The notes below the pieces were generated by a model that worked only from the letters and a program-made list of their open reading frames with translations, did not search any database and was not told where the DNA came from. The position numbers were made by a program, and so were the translations under genes. A stretch of 32,000 nt of DNA, from positions 2,024 to 34,023 of the forward strand of contig JAUSKK010000036.1 in NCBI GenBank assembly GCA_030649345.1. Reading direction: 5' to 3'. Origin of the DNA: Candidatus Iainarchaeum sp. GTDB taxonomy: Archaea > Iainarchaeota > Iainarchaeia > Iainarchaeales > 0-14-0-20-34-12. Every line of letters starts with the position of its first letter. Position 1 is the first letter of the stretch. Positions 1 through 9,006 of the stretch are shown here, piece by piece.

Positions 1-45
1 GAAATTGAAAAAGAAATCGAACAAGAGGTTGTTGTAAATGAGTAG
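1..45 (+). CDS. 3' end of a CDS running off the left edge (position suggests ribosomal protein uS4)
   Basis: Frame 1 is open from base 1 to TAG 43-45 (EIEKEIEQEVVVNE*) and overlaps the uS11 start. In archaeal S13-S4-S11-RpoD operons uS4 precedes uS11. The fragment is too short to identify by sequence. Confidence 0.3.
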   Translation, partial: EIEKEIEQEVVVNE

Positions 46-430
46 TAAATCCAAAGAAGGAATTGTGCATATTTATGCATCCCCCAACAATACATTAATG
101 TTGCTGACAGATATTACTGGAGCTGAAACTATTGGAAAATGCACAGGCGGACAAGTAACCAAAGCACAGCACAAAGAAGGAGAACCTTACACAGCCATGA
201 AAATTGCTGAAAAAATTGCAGACTTAGCTCGAGAAAAAGAAATATTTGAAGTCACAGTTAAAGTCCGAGGACCAGGCGGAATTCGAACCAAGACACCTGG
301 AAAAGGAAGCGAAGCAGCCATTCGAAGTTTAACTCGAAATGGCCTACGCATTAAGTCTATCGAAAACGTAACACCCTCGCCGCACGATGGCTGCAGACGA
401 AAGAAAAAATTTAGAGCAAGAAAAAAATAA
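38..430 (+). CDS. rps11: 30S ribosomal protein uS11
   Basis: 130 aa. GIVHIYASPNNTLMLLTDITGAE...VKVRGPGG is a typical S11 core. It sits directly upstream of RpoD as in archaeal operons. Confidence 0.95.
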   Translation: MSSKSKEGIVHIYASPNNTLMLLTDITGAETIGKCTGGQVTKAQHKEGEPYTAMKIAEKIADLAREKEIFEVTVKVRGPGGIRTKTPGKGSEAAIRSLTRNGLRIKSIENVTPSPHDGCRRKKKFRARKK

Positions 431-438
431 AGAAAGGA

Positions 439-1185
439 ATGATTATGGAAATTAAAAAAATAAGCGAAGAAAATGGAATTCTAAAATTGTTAATCAAAGA
501 TTTGGATTTAGGATATATGAATGCCATTCGAAGAACCGTTATGGAAGAAATACCTGTTTTAGCAATGGAAACCATTCGAATTTACGAAAACAATTCAATC
601 ATATTTGATGAATTTTTAGCCCACCGGTTGGGAATGCTGCCTATTATTTCAGATGTAAAAGAATACAAAAAAGGAGATATTGCCAAATTCATGGTAGACA
701 AAAAAGGGCCTTGCACAGTATACAGTCAAGATATTATTCCAGTGGATCCCAAAACAGAAATTGCTACCAAAAATATTCCATTAACCAAACTCAAAGAAGG
801 TCAAAGCGTAAAAATGGAAATGGATGCTTTAGCTGGAACTGGAAAAATGCATACTAAATTCCAACCCGGAATTGTAGCCTATACACAATTGCCTAAAATT
901 AAACAAATGAAAGGAAAACCAGAAAAAGTAGTTCAGGCTCATTCCACCGGTTTACTGGAAGTCAAATACAATAAAGTTATGGCCAAAAACGCATACGATT
1001 GGACACCCAGTGATTACGAAGAAATTATGAAAGATTCCAATTTAGAAATTGAATTTGAAGAAAACAGTTTTGTGGTCAATGTGGAAACCTCAGGCGCAAT
1101 GGAAAATATTGAAATACTCAATGCAGCCATTGATGTATTAAACGAAAAAGTAGAAGAATTCCGAAAGGAGATTGCAAAAATATAA
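439..1185 (+). CDS. rpoD: DNA-directed RNA polymerase subunit D (Rpo3)
   Basis: 248 aa. The N-terminal YMNAIRRTVMEEIPVLAMETIRIYENNSIIFDEFLAHRLGMLPI matches the Rpo3/RpoD dimerisation domain. Operon position fits (S11-RpoD). Confidence 0.9.
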   Translation: MIMEIKKISEENGILKLLIKDLDLGYMNAIRRTVMEEIPVLAMETIRIYENNSIIFDEFLAHRLGMLPIISDVKEYKKGDIAKFMVDKKGPCTVYSQDIIPVDPKTEIATKNIPLTKLKEGQSVKMEMDALAGTGKMHTKFQPGIVAYTQLPKIKQMKGKPEKVVQAHSTGLLEVKYNKVMAKNAYDWTPSDYEEIMKDSNLEIEFEENSFVVNVETSGAMENIEILNAAIDVLNEKVEEFRKEIAKI

Positions 1186-1193
1186 TTGCTTGC

Positions 1194-1314
1194 GCAGGAG
1201 TACCCAAGCGGCCAACGGGGCAGGACTTAAGTTCAAAGAATATTTACAAAGGAGAGAAGCGATAAGTGATCCTGTGGCTTAGTGCATTCGAAGGTTCGAA
1301 TCCTTCCTCCTGCA
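1194..1314 (+). tRNA. tRNA-Leu (anticodon UAA) with a 37-nt intron at the canonical 37/38 position (intron 1232-1268)
   Basis: Acceptor stem GCAGGAG/CTCCTGC with discriminator A. D arm CCC..GG..GGG. Anticodon stem CAGGA/TCCTG with loop CT-TAA-G[intron]A. Long class II variable arm. T arm GAAGG-TTCGAAT-CCTTC. No encoded CCA. Confidence 0.8.
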
Positions 1315-1368
1315 CAGCCTTTTTTCCTTACGGAAAAAAGCCTGGGGAAAAGTTAAGAACGTGATATT

Positions 1369-1734
1369 ATGGGTAAAATACAATCTGTCAATAAAGAAAC
1401 CATTGAATTGGTTAAAAAATTAAGACAAAAAACCAAAGAAAGTCAGCAAGGATTATGGAAAGACATAGCCAAACGTTTGGATCGAACGCGAAGATATATT
1501 GCTAAAGTCAATTTGGAAAAATTGGAAAAATTAGCTCAAAGCAATCCAGGAAAAATATTATTGGTCCCCGGAAAAGTCTTGGGCAAAGGAATATTGGTTC
1601 AAAAAGTAAAAATTGCAGCCATGGATTACAGTGCAAAAGCCAAAGCAGAAATTAACAAAAATGGAAAAGCAATCAGTTTAGAAGAATTAATGAACGGAAA
1701 AGATAAACCTTCCGATATTATAATTGTAAAATAA
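1369..1734 (+). CDS. rpl18e: 50S ribosomal protein eL18 (L18e)
   Basis: 121 aa. LLVPGKVLGKG motif and the conserved archaeal order RpoD-L18e-L13-S9-RpoN-S2. Confidence 0.85.
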   Translation: MGKIQSVNKETIELVKKLRQKTKESQQGLWKDIAKRLDRTRRYIAKVNLEKLEKLAQSNPGKILLVPGKVLGKGILVQKVKIAAMDYSAKAKAEINKNGKAISLEELMNGKDKPSDIIIVK

Positions 1735-1739
1735 GCGTT

Positions 1740-2234
1740 GTGAACTATATGGCAAACAAAGAAACAAAAAATAAAAAAATTGAAGTTAAAGAAACTGAAA
1801 AACTACAAAACAGAATTTTTATAGATGCTACCGGCCTTGTTTTAGGCCGAATGGCTAGCTTGACAGCACATAAAGCATTGCGAAATATGACGATTGTAAT
1901 TGTAAATGCAGAAAAAGCAGTCTTGAATGGAAATACCGAAAATTTATTTAAAAATTACAAAACAAAATTAGACTTAGAAGCTAAAGGAAATCCAGAAAAA
2001 GGACCTGAAATGAGTAAAATGCCGGATGCATTTGTCCGAAGAAGTATTCGCGGAATGTTACCTTACACGAGTACACGCGGTCAAGCTGCTTTTCGAAGAG
2101 TTCATGTATGCATTGGATTTCCCAAAAAATACCAAGGACAAAAAATGGAAGACTGGGCTCAAGCCAAAGCAAAGTATTCTAGAAAATTTATTGAAATTGG
2201 AGAATTCTGCAAATTATTAGGAGCTAAATGGTGA
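1740..2234 (+). CDS. rpl13: 50S ribosomal protein uL13
   Basis: 164 aa. IDATGLVLGRMAS...VVNAEKAVLNG is the L13 N-terminal signature. Start is GTG 1740 or ATG 1749. Confidence 0.9.
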   Translation: MNYMANKETKNKKIEVKETEKLQNRIFIDATGLVLGRMASLTAHKALRNMTIVIVNAEKAVLNGNTENLFKNYKTKLDLEAKGNPEKGPEMSKMPDAFVRRSIRGMLPYTSTRGQAAFRRVHVCIGFPKKYQGQKMEDWAQAKAKYSRKFIEIGEFCKLLGAKW

Positions 2235-2689
2235 CGATAATGGTTGCTGAACGAAAAAAATTACGAAAACCCAGTCCAAAACAAAAAGAAAAAGGAATGA
2301 CCGTAAAAGCCAAAAAAAAGACTGCACGAGCTAGAGCTTTGGTTAAAACAGGCAAAGGAAGAATTAGCATTAATCAAAAATCTTTAACCATCATAGAGCC
2401 CAGATATGTAAAAATGTTAATTGAAGAACCTTTAATTTTAGCACCCGAAGATTTAGTTTCAAGCATAGACATTCGAGTTAGTGTAATGGGCGGTGGATTT
2501 TCAGGACAAGCTGGAGCTGTACGCAGTGCCATTGCCAAAGCATTGATTTCCTATACAGGAGACGAAAAATTAAGAGATCGATTTTTAGAATACGATCGAA
2601 CATTATTGGTTGATGATGTGCGGCGCAAAGAAGCCAAAAAACCTTTAGGAAAAGGTGCACGAAAAAAGAAACAAAAAAGTAAACGATAA
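2228..2689 (+). CDS. rps9: 30S ribosomal protein uS9
   Basis: 153 aa. VSVMGGGFSGQAGAVRSAIAKAL...DDVRRKEAKKPLGKGARKKKQKSKR is the S9 core and C-terminal KR tail. GGAG lies 4 nt before the ATG. Overlaps rpl13 by 7 nt. Confidence 0.92.
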   Translation: MVTIMVAERKKLRKPSPKQKEKGMTVKAKKKTARARALVKTGKGRISINQKSLTIIEPRYVKMLIEEPLILAPEDLVSSIDIRVSVMGGGFSGQAGAVRSAIAKALISYTGDEKLRDRFLEYDRTLLVDDVRRKEAKKPLGKGARKKKQKSKR

Positions 2690-2713
2690 ACAAAAAAAAG
2701 AAATGGTGAAAAA

Positions 2714-2908
2714 ATGATTATTCCAGTACGTTGTTTTTCTTGCGGAAAAGTAATTGGGGATTTATTTGAAAAATACCAAGAACAATTGAAAAACAATAAA
2801 AGCCCAGACAAAGTATTGGATGAGCTAGGCCTCAAACGATACTGCTGTCGAAGAATGATTGTAAGTCATTCCGATATTATTGATGAATTTTTACGATACA
2901 ATATTTAA
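2714..2908 (+). CDS. rpoN: DNA-directed RNA polymerase subunit N (Rpo10)
   Basis: 64 aa. [15 protein letters not shown]...[11 protein letters not shown] is the Rpo10 zinc-binding signature. Confidence 0.92.
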   Translation: MIIPVRCFSCGKVIGDLFEKYQEQLKNNKSPDKVLDELGLKRYCCRRMIVSHSDIIDEFLRYNI

Positions 2909-2918
2909 TGGTGATAAA

Positions 2919-3566
2919 TTGAGCGAAACAGAAAACACATTGGTTGAAACAAAATTATACCTGCAAACCGGTTCCCATATTGGAGCCAAATTTAAAACAG
3001 TTGGAATGAAAAAATTTATTTTCAAAAACAGACGAGATAAACTCAAAGTATTGGATGTTGCAACCATAGATGAACGCCTTCGAATTACAGCCAAATTTTT
3101 AGCCAGTTTTAATGCTCAAGAAATTGCAATTGTGTCCAGAAAACAATATGGTCAAAAACCAGTAGAAAAATTTGCTAAACTCACTGGAAGTCATGCGATC
3201 ACAGGAAGATTTGTTCCTGGAACATTTACCAATCCAACAGCCAAAGAATTTGTTCAACCCAAAGTTTTAATGATCACAGACCCAGATGCAGATGCTCAAG
3301 CCATTCAAGAAGCTCGCGGAATTCGTATTCCAATCATTGCATTATGCAGTACAGATAATGAAACCAAAAACTTGGATTTAATCATTCCCATTAACAACAA
3401 AGGAAGACAAAGTTTGGCTTTAGCTTACTGGATTTTAGCTCAAGAATTCCTAAAACACAAAGGAATGCCAGCCATGAAAGAAAGCTTACAAGACTTCGAA
3501 TTTCAGCTTAAAGAAGAGAAAAAAGACCTAAAACCAGCCCTACAACAAGCTACAATCCAAGAATAA
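2919..3566 (+). CDS. rps2: 30S ribosomal protein uS2
   Basis: YLQTGSHIGAKFKT..MKKFIFKNRRDKLKVLDV...ITDPDADAQAIQEA..IPIIALCSTDN is the S2 core. The ORF is open from 2880 (TTG; ATG at 2883), but TTG 2919 follows the rpoN stop and has GGTGA 6 nt upstream, so I prefer it. Confidence 0.88.
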   Translation: MSETENTLVETKLYLQTGSHIGAKFKTVGMKKFIFKNRRDKLKVLDVATIDERLRITAKFLASFNAQEIAIVSRKQYGQKPVEKFAKLTGSHAITGRFVPGTFTNPTAKEFVQPKVLMITDPDADAQAIQEARGIRIPIIALCSTDNETKNLDLIIPINNKGRQSLALAYWILAQEFLKHKGMPAMKESLQDFEFQLKEEKKDLKPALQQATIQE

Positions 3567-3657
3567 GCAAAAAACCTAATTTTCTCACTGTAACCAGTAA
3601 ATTTAAATACTTCGGCTTTCATAATTATAATATACTATTGTCTTTATCGGGTTAAAT

Positions 3658-4410
3658 ATGGCAGAATCTACTTTGTATAGTTTATTGGAAAAACTTGGAT
3701 TAACAGAATATGAATCCAAAACTTTGAACAGTTTATTTGAATTACGAGAAGCCAAGGCTCCTGAAATTAGCAGAAATGCTCAAGTTCCTAAAACGCGGGT
3801 GTATGATGTCTTAGATGGTTTGGTTAAAAAAGGGCTGATTATTGAAATTCAAGGAAGACCTAAAAGATACCGAATTATTGAAGCCAAAAAAACTTTGCAA
3901 AAATTAGTAGAAGAAAAGAAAAAAGAAATTGAAGGATTGCAATTTGAAATTGAAGCCATCCGAGAAGAAACTTTATTAGGTAAAAAAGGCCTGGACTTGG
4001 AAGGCGAAAAAGTAATGAAAGTCAAAGATCGAGAAGACTTTATTCGAATTTTAGCTCAAGAATTAGAAGAAGCCAAAGAAAGTATTTCTGGATTTACAGA
4101 ATTAGATAAAGAACATGGAGCTTTAGCTAAAGCCATTGAAAAAATCAAAAACAACAATGTAAAAATAAAAATGATTCACCATAAATCTCATGACAAAGTC
4201 AAAGAGTATGCCAAACATTCAGTGGAAAACAAACAATTCGATCACGGTTTAAATGCATTTATTGTAGATAATAAAAAAATAATTTTAGCTTTAAGCGACT
4301 TAAAACAAGAACGACCAGAATACTATTTTACAATCTGGAATCACAAACCTATGGCTAATTTGTTAACCAACCACTTTGATTCCTGCTGGCAAAAAGCCAA
4401 AAGTATTTAA
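3658..4410 (+). CDS. TrmB-family winged-helix transcriptional regulator
   Basis: 250 aa. The N-terminal LGLTEYESKTLNSLFELREAKAPEISRNAQVPKTRVYDVLDGLVKKGLI matches the TrmB HTH. It has a coiled linker and a C-terminal domain of TrmB-like length. Confidence 0.7.
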   Translation: MAESTLYSLLEKLGLTEYESKTLNSLFELREAKAPEISRNAQVPKTRVYDVLDGLVKKGLIIEIQGRPKRYRIIEAKKTLQKLVEEKKKEIEGLQFEIEAIREETLLGKKGLDLEGEKVMKVKDREDFIRILAQELEEAKESISGFTELDKEHGALAKAIEKIKNNNVKIKMIHHKSHDKVKEYAKHSVENKQFDHGLNAFIVDNKKIILALSDLKQERPEYYFTIWNHKPMANLLTNHFDSCWQKAKSI

Positions 4411-4491
4411 AGTTCAAATATCTAATTTTTTAAGCACTAACTGAATCTAATTTTCAAACAGATATATATATGAGAAAGCCATATCTTTTAT

Positions 4492-6534
4492 ATGAAATTT
4501 AAAATTGTATTTTTTGCAATTGCTCTAATTTTACTTTTAGGATGTACTCAGCCAAGTTCAGAAAATTCAACTCCCAGCGGACAAGCTGTTACTGGATTTG
4601 GAAATTCGTCCACAGTTCCAGTCATTAAAACCATTGTAATATACAATAACAATATAGGAGAAAGCTTACGCGATTTTACCAGTCCTTTATGGCCAAAAAC
4701 AGAAGACTGCTTAACACAAGCATGCATAGATGGAAGAACTACCAAACCAGACTTTAAATTTTTAGCAGGATTGCCTGCAAGCACGCCAGGATATGGTTAT
4801 GCGAATGTACAATTCAATGGCTGGGCTAACAAAGGAGAAAGATTTACAACATTCACAGCAGGAGATGGAGTTAGTGCAACTTCTGGATCTGCTCAAGGAA
4901 TTGTATACAAAGACGATGCAGGATTTGAACACAAAGTTCCGTTCTATTATACTTTGACTTCAATGTCTCAAGGCGGAAGTACATTCACTTTAGATGGTGC
5001 AACTTTCTATTACAAAGTAAGCACAGCTGATGTAAACTTTATTTTAACAGGAGATTTTGTATTAAACGGTTTTTCCGGGAATCTTACCAGAGATGGAAAT
5101 CAAATTAGATTAAACACAGACAGAGGACCTTTGAATATCCCAAGTTATCCATACACAGTAAATGTAGATATTCGCAAAGTTAATTATACTTGTACAAGAA
5201 TTGGAACTACATTTGCATTAAATTGCAATGCCGATGCAAACATGTCCATTACAACCAATGGAAGAACTTTCAGTCCAACTCCAAGCTATGCAGACCTAAT
5301 CACAGACGGAACCATTTACTTGGATGATGGAAACTTAATAAACAAAACAGGAATCTTTGGTGAAAGAAACAACATTATTTGGATTACTTCAACAGTTGGA
5401 ATGAATAATCAAATTTACGGTTATACACCTTACATTAATGAAACTCAAGGAAGAGTTTACCTGTTATTAGCACATCAAAATTTTATATCAACCGAAAACT
5501 CAAACTCTTACGGTTTTAGATTCTCAGGAACAGATACAGGAGAAGATGGAATCACTGATGTTGGGTTTTACTGGCTGGACAATATAGAATTACCTAAATT
5601 TGAAGGAAGTTCTACCAGTAACCGCCAAGATTACAACACAAATAGATCTCCACCCAGCGGAGATTCTTCCGATAATTATAATTTCATTGCACAATTTGAA
5701 GTAGATACCGACAAAGACAGCATATACGATACAAAAATATACATAGACACAGCTACAGGAAAACCAATACAATTACCCAACACCAACTTAAGCACTTATA
5801 CAGCAGATGTAAATTATAGAAAAGAAACTCAAAACTGGGGACTGTCTGCACGCACAGATATTCCGGTTTTACAAAAAGCATGGACTGATTACGGGAGCAA
5901 ACTAGAAGTTACACCCAATCAATTCAAAGCCACAATTCCAGATAAGCGAAGAAAAATTGAATTCAAAGTATTGGGAAATACAGGCACATCTGAAACTGCT
6001 TGGATTTACGATACCCAAAATTTAGATTCGCGCAATCAAAGAAGAGAATTGGTAAACAAAATTTTAAAGAAAGCACAATTACCTTATTTAGTAGATCTAA
6101 TAAAAACGCAGACTCATAATGGAAGTCCCTATAAAGAAAAAGTTACAGAAAGCATCAAACTAAACGGAGACGCATTATTTGATTATGTTCGAACTATGAT
6201 TGCAAATACAGTTACATCCATGCCTAGAATTAAAGATTTTTCTTACACAATCACATTCCAAAAAGGATTACCTATGGTCAATGATCCAACAACAGGAACA
6301 CGCAGCGGAAGCTTTGTAGATGGAACTGATGATACCATCAGTGTTCCATTATTTGGCAAAAATTATACTTTAAAAGAAAGCAAACTCACACCAATACCAG
6401 AAATTACATTAATCGATGAATCTGGAAATACACTCAAATTAGTTCACGGACAAGCATTCCCTGCAAGCATGGATGTAAACGCAACCAATGATGCCAGCGA
6501 TGACTATTGGAAAGTTGAACTCAATTTTAGATAA
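4492..6534 (+). CDS. Secreted/lipid-anchored cell-surface protein (S-layer or adhesin candidate), function unknown
   Basis: 680 aa. N-terminal signal peptide ending in the lipobox-like LLLGC. T/S/N/G/Y-rich, with at least 10 N-x-S/T sequons and no other hydrophobic segment. I recognise no family. Confidence 0.6.
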   Translation: MKFKIVFFAIALILLLGCTQPSSENSTPSGQAVTGFGNSSTVPVIKTIVIYNNNIGESLRDFTSPLWPKTEDCLTQACIDGRTTKPDFKFLAGLPASTPGYGYANVQFNGWANKGERFTTFTAGDGVSATSGSAQGIVYKDDAGFEHKVPFYYTLTSMSQGGSTFTLDGATFYYKVSTADVNFILTGDFVLNGFSGNLTRDGNQIRLNTDRGPLNIPSYPYTVNVDIRKVNYTCTRIGTTFALNCNADANMSITTNGRTFSPTPSYADLITDGTIYLDDGNLINKTGIFGERNNIIWITSTVGMNNQIYGYTPYINETQGRVYLLLAHQNFISTENSNSYGFRFSGTDTGEDGITDVGFYWLDNIELPKFEGSSTSNRQDYNTNRSPPSGDSSDNYNFIAQFEVDTDKDSIYDTKIYIDTATGKPIQLPNTNLSTYTADVNYRKETQNWGLSARTDIPVLQKAWTDYGSKLEVTPNQFKATIPDKRRKIEFKVLGNTGTSETAWIYDTQNLDSRNQRRELVNKILKKAQLPYLVDLIKTQTHNGSPYKEKVTESIKLNGDALFDYVRTMIANTVTSMPRIKDFSYTITFQKGLPMVNDPTTGTRSGSFVDGTDDTISVPLFGKNYTLKESKLTPIPEITLIDESGNTLKLVHGQAFPASMDVNATNDASDDYWKVELNFR

Positions 6535-6572
6535 TCGATAACCATTAATACTTTATTTCCCTAATTTTAAAT

Positions 6573-8249
6573 ATGCTTGAAAAAGTAAAAGAAATTGCTT
6601 TCAAATACGGAGTCAAAAATGCGTTCATCCATGAAGGCAAAGCAGATGTAGGAGCTGTAGTCGGAAAAGTCAAAGCCATGATTCCAGACATTGACTTAAA
6701 GAAAGCCATGCCAATTATCCAAGAAGCAGTCAAAGAAATTAATGGAATGAGCAAAGAAACTTTGGAAACAGAATACAAAAAGTTTGAAGAACAAGGCTAT
6801 GAATTAAAACCCAAAGACAAACAAGAAGGATTACCAGCAATAGATTGGGCTGAACAAAAAGAAAAACCAATGATTACACGATTTGCACCCAATCCAACTG
6901 CACCTTTTCATTTAGGCAATGCACGCGCAGCTATCATTAGCCACGAATATGCACGCAAATATAATGGAAAATTTATTTTACGATTTGATGACACAGACCC
7001 TAAAGTAAAAAAATCAAGGGCGGACGCGGAAGAAATTTTCTTGCGAGACTTAACTTGGCTGGGAATTACAGTAGATGAAACTTATTTTGCGTCCGATCGA
7101 TTAAGCACATACTATCATTACATGCGCGAACTCATTAAATTGGGAAAAATGTATGCTTGCACTTGTGAAACTGAAAAATGGAAACAACTTATTGACAACA
7201 AACAAGGTTGTCCATGCCGAGATTTAGAACCAGAGAAAGTTGAAAAATTATTTGAACAAATGTTAAGCCATGAACTTAAAGAAGGACAAATTGTTTTACG
7301 AATGAAAACAGATTTACTGCACAATGATCCAAGCATAAGAGATTGGTGGGTTGCCAAAATTGTGGACAATCCAGAACATCCTAGAGTAGGAAGCACATAC
7401 AAAGTTTGGCCTTCGTATAATTTTGCTTCAGCAATTGACGATCATGAATTGGGAATTACATTAATTGCACGAGGACAAGAACATGCACAAAATGGAACCA
7501 AACAAAAATATTTATACGATTATTTAGGCTGGGAATATCCTGCAGAAATTTATTTTGGCCGCGTGAAATTACAAGGAGTTATTTTGTCTAAATCTCAAAT
7601 GGAAAAAGGAATCCAAGAAGGATTGTATACAGGTCATGATGATCCAAGATTGGGAACCATTCAAGCATTTCGAAGAAGAGGATTTAGACCAGAAGCATTG
7701 AAAGATGTGATTATTTTTATTGGAATTAAATCCAGCGATACTACTTTGGAATGGAATTTTATTTCCAGTGAAAACAAAAAATACATAGAAAAAGAAGCTG
7801 TACTGATTACGTTTTTAGAACAACCTGTGAACTTGCATGTTGATTTTTCTCCAGAAAAAACAGTGGAATTGAATGAAGGAATGTATGATTTAAAGCAAGG
7901 ACATCAAAGTTTTTTGGTAGACCGGAAAGAAATTGAAAAATATGGTGTTGGAAAAATTGTACGATTAAAGCAAGCCTACAATGTCCGCATTAAAAGCATG
8001 GATCCATTTGAAGTTCATTCCGAGTATGTGGCAGATATTAAAATCAAAGAAACCATTCCATGGCTATTGGAAGAAAATGCAGTGGACGTACAAATAGTTA
8101 TGCCCGACAATTCAAGGCTAGTGGGCAGTGCAGAAACTAGAATATTAGAACAAAAAGTTGGACAAATTGTACACTTGGAAAGATTGGGTTTCGGAAGGTT
8201 AGATTCATTGGAAGGAAATCAACCCATAGTATGGTTTACGCACAAATAA
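6573..8249 (+). CDS. gltX: Glutamyl-tRNA synthetase (archaeal type)
   Basis: 558 aa. RFAPNPTAPFHLGNARAAIISHEYARKYNGKFILRFDDTDP carries the class I HIGH region, and VILSKSQ is the KMSKS-like region. The N-terminal ~95-aa helical domain is as in archaeal GluRS. Confidence 0.92.
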   Translation: MLEKVKEIAFKYGVKNAFIHEGKADVGAVVGKVKAMIPDIDLKKAMPIIQEAVKEINGMSKETLETEYKKFEEQGYELKPKDKQEGLPAIDWAEQKEKPMITRFAPNPTAPFHLGNARAAIISHEYARKYNGKFILRFDDTDPKVKKSRADAEEIFLRDLTWLGITVDETYFASDRLSTYYHYMRELIKLGKMYACTCETEKWKQLIDNKQGCPCRDLEPEKVEKLFEQMLSHELKEGQIVLRMKTDLLHNDPSIRDWWVAKIVDNPEHPRVGSTYKVWPSYNFASAIDDHELGITLIARGQEHAQNGTKQKYLYDYLGWEYPAEIYFGRVKLQGVILSKSQMEKGIQEGLYTGHDDPRLGTIQAFRRRGFRPEALKDVIIFIGIKSSDTTLEWNFISSENKKYIEKEAVLITFLEQPVNLHVDFSPEKTVELNEGMYDLKQGHQSFLVDRKEIEKYGVGKIVRLKQAYNVRIKSMDPFEVHSEYVADIKIKETIPWLLEENAVDVQIVMPDNSRLVGSAETRILEQKVGQIVHLERLGFGRLDSLEGNQPIVWFTHK

Positions 8250-8403
8250 TAGAAATTTAAGAGGCAAGGCACTATTTTTAAAGCTTTTGAAAGGCTAGTA
8301 TTGTATACTGGTTTTATAGTCTACTTGCCGAAGGCAATTCGGAGGTATCGGAACCGAAGGTTCTGATTTAGACAGTAACCGATGATAATTTGGAGGTTAG
8401 AAT
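8250..8403 (+). promoter_or_regulatory. Long structured leader/spacer upstream of rpl7ae (function unknown)
   Basis: 154 nt, noticeably more GC-rich than other spacers. Hairpins CCGAA-GGCAA-TTCGG (8328-8342) and GGAACC-GAA-GGTTCT (8350-8364). Alternative pairing ATCGG 8347-8351 with CCGAT 8379-8383. CTGA at 8363-8366 and GATGATA at 8381-8387. SD GGAGGT at 8392-8397. Confidence 0.3.
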
Positions 8404-8763
8404 ATGAGTTCATTTGAAGTACCTAAAGAATTAATGGCCAAGCAATTGGAAGTTTTGGAAAAAATAGCTAAAGGCGGCGGAAAATTCAAAGCCGGAGTGA
8501 ATGAAGTAACAAAAGCCATTGAACGCGAAAAAGCCAAACTTGTTTTCATTGCTTTAGACGTTGACCCCAAAGAAATTGTAATGCATTTGCCTTTGATTTG
8601 CAAAGAAAAAAAGATTCCGTATACTTTTGTGGAAAGCAAAAAAGAATTGGGTGAAAAAGCAGGAATTAAAGTTCCCACCAGTGCTTTAGCTGTCATGGAT
8701 GAAGGAAAAGAAAAAAAAGAAGTAACAGATTTAGCTAAAAAATTAGCTGAATTGCAGGTTTAA
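8404..8763 (+). CDS. rpl7ae: 50S ribosomal protein L7Ae (eL8), K-turn binding
   Basis: 119 aa. KAGVNEVTKAIEREKAKLVFIALDVDPKEIVMHLPLICKEKKIPYTFVESKKELGEKAG is the L7Ae signature. Confidence 0.95.
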   Translation: MSSFEVPKELMAKQLEVLEKIAKGGGKFKAGVNEVTKAIEREKAKLVFIALDVDPKEIVMHLPLICKEKKIPYTFVESKKELGEKAGIKVPTSALAVMDEGKEKKEVTDLAKKLAELQV

Positions 8764-8778
8764 AGGAAGTGAAATCGT

Positions 8779-8988
8779 ATGGATGAAAAAGGAACACCAG
8801 CTGAAGTGGTTGAAATCATTAAACGCACAGGCGTCCAAGGCGAAATCACTCAAGTTATGTTAAAAATTTTGGACGGTCCAGAAAAAGGACGTGTAAAGCG
8901 AAGAAATGTAAAAGGCTTAATTCAAAAAGGCGATGTCGTAATTCTGTTAAGCACAGAAAGAGAAGCAGCTGAAATTAAAGCCAGATAA
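8779..8988 (+). CDS. rps28e: 30S ribosomal protein eS28 (S28e)
   Basis: 69 aa. [20 protein letters not shown]...[14 protein letters not shown]...L.TEREA pattern. L7Ae-S28e-L24e order is conserved. Confidence 0.93.
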   Translation: MDEKGTPAEVVEIIKRTGVQGEITQVMLKILDGPEKGRVKRRNVKGLIQKGDVVILLSTEREAAEIKAR

Positions 8989-9006
8989 AAAATTGAGGGA
9001 TAAATT

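Noticed and set aside
622-632. CCAACCGG core motif on the minus strand inside rpoD (CCACCGGTTGG)
   Set aside because: It is a single 8-mer within conserved coding sequence (AHRLGM), with no accompanying stem 1 or linker. It is likely chance.
8360-8390. Box C/D sRNA in the rpl7ae leader
   Set aside because: CTGA precedes a GATGATA that is not a proper RUGAUGA C box. The order and the 14-nt spacing fit neither a C...D nor a D'/C' arrangement, and no second box pair is present.
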